Below, one piece after another: positions 60,965-64,000 of a stretch of 64,000 bases of DNA. The position numbers and the translations under genes are program-made. The notes below the pieces were generated by a model. The model had not been told where the DNA came from and did no database searches. It saw nothing but the letters and a program-made list of their open reading frames with translations. Each line of letters opens with the position of its first letter. Position 1 is the first letter of the stretch. The DNA lies in assembly GCA_032654565.1 (NCBI GenBank), contig JAULAX010000018.1, forward strand, positions 192,001-256,000, given 5' to 3'. The stretch is from Anaeromyxobacteraceae bacterium (GTDB lineage: Bacteria; Myxococcota; Myxococcia; Myxococcales; Anaeromyxobacteraceae).

Positions 60965-63073
60965 TTGCCGACGTCCAGGCCCACCGCCGCCGCCGAGCCG
61001 AAGGCCCTCACCGGGGCCGAGCGGCAGCTCATCGCCGAGGAGGAGGCGCTGCTGGGCCGGGTCCAGCTGGCGCTGGCGGCCCGGCGCACCGGCCGCGATG
61101 ACGGCGCCGAGCTGGAGGGGCGGCTGCGCGAGCTGCGCGAGGAGGCGCTGGAGCTGACCGCCAAGGACCTGCCCACCGTCTTCCAGGAGATGGGGCTGGT
61201 GCGGGCGGTGATGGAGCGGAGCCGCGGCGGCGACGTGCCCGATCCGGCCGCCCCGTACTTCGCCCACCTGCGGCTGCGGGAGGGGGCCGAGGTGCGCGAC
61301 TACTGCCTGGGGCGCGCCACCTTCTTCGAGCGGCAGGCCGGGGTGCGGGTGGTCGACTGGCGGGCGGCGCCGGTGGCCGGGCTCTTCTACCGCTACCGCG
61401 ACGGCGAGGAGTACGAGGAGCCGTTCCCGGGGCGGGTGGCGCGAGGCGTGGTGGAGGCGCGGCGGGTGGTGGTCATCGACCGCGGCCGGCTGGTGCGGAT
61501 CACCGCCGGGACCACGGCGCTGGTGCGCGGCCCCGAGGGCTGGAGGCGGGCCTCGGTCTCCGGGGCCCGGCTGGGCGGCGGCGCCGGGACCGCGGCCCGC
61601 GCCGGGGCCCTGGGCGTGGGGGTGGGGGCCCGGGATCGGCCGGCCGACGCCGAGGTGACGGCGCTCCTCGATCCCGAGCAGTGGGAGGCGGTGAGCGCCC
61701 CCGCCTCCGAGCCGCTGCTGGTATTGGGCAGCGCCGGCAGCGGCAAGACCACGGTGGCGCTGCACCGGCTGGCGCGCATCGCCGCCGCCGACCCGCGCCG
61801 CTACCCGGCCTCGCGCATCCAGGTGGTGGTGCCCGAGCCCGGGCTGGCGCGCCTGGCCACCCGGCTGCTGGCGCCGCTCGGCCTCGACAAGGTGGCGGTC
61901 CGCACCCTGGACGACTGGGCCCGGGCCGCCTTCCACTCGGCCTTCGGCGTGCCGCCGCCCCGGCTCTGCGCCGAGCCCCCGGCGCTGGTCTCGCGCCTGA
62001 AGCGCCACCCCGCCCTCCACGGCGCCCTCTCGGCGCTGCCGCGCCCGGCCGGCGCGGTGACGCTGAGGACGCTGCGGCGGGACCTCGGCGACCTGCTGGT
62101 GGACCCGGCCTTCGTGGGCGGGGTGGTGGCCGCCGCCGCCGGCGACCTGCCCACCACCGCCATCGAGGAGGTGGTGCGCCACACCCGGCTGCAGCTGGCC
62201 GAGCCGGCCTCGCTGGCGCTGGCCGGGATCGACCCGGAGCGGCTGGCCACCATCGACGGGCTGGCGGTGGACGAGGACACGCCGGAGTCGCTGGCCGGCT
62301 CGCTCGACGCCGAGGACCTGCCGCTGCTGATCTTCATGGCCGCCCGGCGCGGCGGGCCCGGGGCCCGGCGGCTCGCCCACCTGGTGGTGGACGAGGCCGA
62401 GGACGTCTCGCTGGTGGAGCTGGCGGTGCTGGGCAGCCACCTCGACGGCGAGCGGAGCGTCACCATCGCCGGCGACGAGGCCCAGCAGACCTTCACCTCC
62501 TACGCCGGCTGGCCGCAGGCGCTGGAGGCGGTGGGGGCCCCCGACGCCGCCACCGTCCGGCTGGCCACCACCTACCGCTGCCCGGCGCCGGTCGCCGCGC
62601 TGGCCCACCACGTCCTCGGCCCGCTGGCGCCCCCCGAGCCGCCGCGCGCCGGCAAGCAGGGCGCGCCGGTGGTCCGCTTCGACTTCCCTGGCGAGGCCCA
62701 CGCCCAGCTCTTCCTGGCCGGCGCCATCCGCGAGCTGCTGGAGCGGGAGCCGGCGGCCTCGGTGGCGGTGGTGGCGTCGTCGCCGGAGACGGCGCGCGGG
62801 TTCCACAGGCTGCTCTCCGACCTGCCCGAGGCCAGGCTGGCCCTCGATGGTGGCTTCTCCTTCCGTCCTGGTGTGGACGTGACCGACGTGGCCAGCGTCA
62901 AGGGGCTGGAGTTCGACTACGTGGTCATCCCCGACGCCTCGGCGCGGGCCTACCCGGACGAGCCGGAGGCCCGTCGCCGGCTCCACGTGGCCGTCACCCG
63001 CACCGCCCACCAGCTCTGGATCGCCGCCACCGGGACCCCCTCGCCGCTGCTCAGCTCGCTGCGGCCGGCCTGA
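60965..63073 (+). CDS. HelD-like SF1 ATPase (RNA polymerase recycling family)
   Basis: [68 protein letters not shown] start uncertain. Confidence 0.82.
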   Translation: MPTSRPTAAAEPKALTGAERQLIAEEEALLGRVQLALAARRTGRDDGAELEGRLRELREEALELTAKDLPTVFQEMGLVRAVMERSRGGDVPDPAAPYFAHLRLREGAEVRDYCLGRATFFERQAGVRVVDWRAAPVAGLFYRYRDGEEYEEPFPGRVARGVVEARRVVVIDRGRLVRITAGTTALVRGPEGWRRASVSGARLGGGAGTAARAGALGVGVGARDRPADAEVTALLDPEQWEAVSAPASEPLLVLGSAGSGKTTVALHRLARIAAADPRRYPASRIQVVVPEPGLARLATRLLAPLGLDKVAVRTLDDWARAAFHSAFGVPPPRLCAEPPALVSRLKRHPALHGALSALPRPAGAVTLRTLRRDLGDLLVDPAFVGGVVAAAAGDLPTTAIEEVVRHTRLQLAEPASLALAGIDPERLATIDGLAVDEDTPESLAGSLDAEDLPLLIFMAARRGGPGARRLAHLVVDEAEDVSLVELAVLGSHLDGERSVTIAGDEAQQTFTSYAGWPQALEAVGAPDAATVRLATTYRCPAPVAALAHHVLGPLAPPEPPRAGKQGAPVVRFDFPGEAHAQLFLAGAIRELLEREPAASVAVVASSPETARGFHRLLSDLPEARLALDGGFSFRPGVDVTDVASVKGLEFDYVVIPDASARAYPDEPEARRRLHVAVTRTAHQLWIAATGTPSPLLSSLRPA

Positions 63074-63234
63074 TCCGGCGCGACCTCCCGTCCGTGACGG
63101 GGCGTGACAATCGGTGGCATCGAGGGCACATCCTCGGTATGTACCCGCGAGGGCTCTCGATCCCGCGGCCAAACGGCACAAGACTCGGGTCCCAGACCAA
63201 CCATCCAGATCACCTTCACCAGGAGAGACGGCAC

Positions 63235-63732
63235 ATGGCCAACATCACGCTCGGCGGCAACCCCATCCACACCAGCGGCAACTTGCCGGCGGTGGGCGCC
63301 AAGGCGCCCGACTTCAAGCTGACCGCCGGGGACCTGAAGGACCTCTCCCTGGCCGACTTCAAGGGCAAGAAGAAGGTGCTCAACATCGTGCCGTCGCTCG
63401 ACACCCCGGTCTGCGCCACCTCGACCCGCAAGTTCAACGCCGACGCCGGCAAGCTGCCCAACGTGGTGGTGCTGGTGATCTCGGCCGACCTGCCCTTCGC
63501 CGCCAAGCGCTTCTGCACCACCGAGGGGCTGGCCAACGTCACCCCGCTCTCCACCTTCCGCTCCAGCTTCGCCAAGGACTACGGCATCGCCCTGGTGGAC
63601 GGCGCGCTGGCCGGCGTCACCGGCCGGGCGGTGATGGTCCTCGACGAGAACGACAAGGTCGTCTACGAGGAGCTGGTCCCGGAGATCAAGCAGGAGCCCA
63701 ACTACGAGAAGGCGCTGGCGGCGCTCACGTAG
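63235..63732 (+). CDS. tpx: thiol peroxidase
   Basis: [31 protein letters not shown]. Confidence 0.95.
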   Translation: MANITLGGNPIHTSGNLPAVGAKAPDFKLTAGDLKDLSLADFKGKKKVLNIVPSLDTPVCATSTRKFNADAGKLPNVVVLVISADLPFAAKRFCTTEGLANVTPLSTFRSSFAKDYGIALVDGALAGVTGRAVMVLDENDKVVYEELVPEIKQEPNYEKALAALT

Positions 63733-63825
63733 GCGAGGCCCGCTCCCGCCGCACCCCGCGCCGCCGCTCCACCTCGCGTGGTGGGCGGCGCGGTCGTGTC
63801 ATGGGGGGTGATGGGGGGCGAGGCC

Positions 63826-63999
63826 TCAGCCCTCCCAGAGCTGCCGGAGGGGCACGGCCTGGAGCCGCTCGCCAAACGGCAGCGTCGCCTCGCCGTCGTA
63901 GAGGACGACGCCGGCCTTGAAGCGTTCACCGGTGGCCACCTGGAGCTTGCGCAGGCCGCGGAAGTCGGCGGCGGTGACCGTGGCTCCGGCCTTCACCTC
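63826..63999 (-). CDS. C-terminus of an AAA-ATPase/DUF4143-type protein (partial, not in ORF track)
   Basis: EVKAGATVTAADFRGLRKL...FKAGVVLYDGEATLPFGERLQAVPLRQLWEG then TGA. Confidence 0.7.
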   Translation of the reverse strand, partial: EVKAGATVTAADFRGLRKLQVATGERFKAGVVLYDGEATLPFGERLQAVPLRQLWEG

Positions 64000-64000
64000 G

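Overview
High-GC bacterial chromosome segment whose gene content and order suggest an Anaeromyxobacter-like member of Myxococcota (inference, not a database result). Most long ORFs in the supplied track are antisense or off-frame GC artefacts; about 55 real CDS are supported. From left to right: surE-nlpD-apt and a Cache-HAMP protein with no output domain; USP, a DHODH-like protein and a rubrerythrin/Fe-S oxidoreductase/DUF3501 trio; an unlisted 57-aa sORF; aat; a 12-gene alternative complex III + SCO + A2-type caa3 oxidase operon behind a perfect FNR-type box; ALDH; a degenerate sigma54-activator-like protein; resB-ccsA with a sigma54 promoter; gltBD; a binding-protein/hybrid-kinase pair; plsB-like, SPFH and pilT-like genes. 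An accessory cell-surface block follows (about 42.4-54.4 kb): a DUF5666 lipoprotein, an ECF sigma / ZAS anti-sigma / exported caspase / RCC1 lipoprotein operon, a DUF3494 ice-binding-like lipoprotein, a paaK 3' remnant, a three-gene fibre operon whose tip has foreign codon usage, and an internally duplicated His-motif lipoprotein. The window ends with a Hyb-type [NiFe] hydrogenase operon, an OFA transporter, a HelD-like ATPase, tpx and a partial DUF4143-type gene. The best candidates for undescribed systems are the ECF-caspase trans-envelope module, the fibre operon, and a TACCC-N4-GGG operator shared by the oxidase and hydrogenase promoters. I saw no rRNA, tRNA, CRISPR array or transposase. 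All family calls are from motif recognition by eye.
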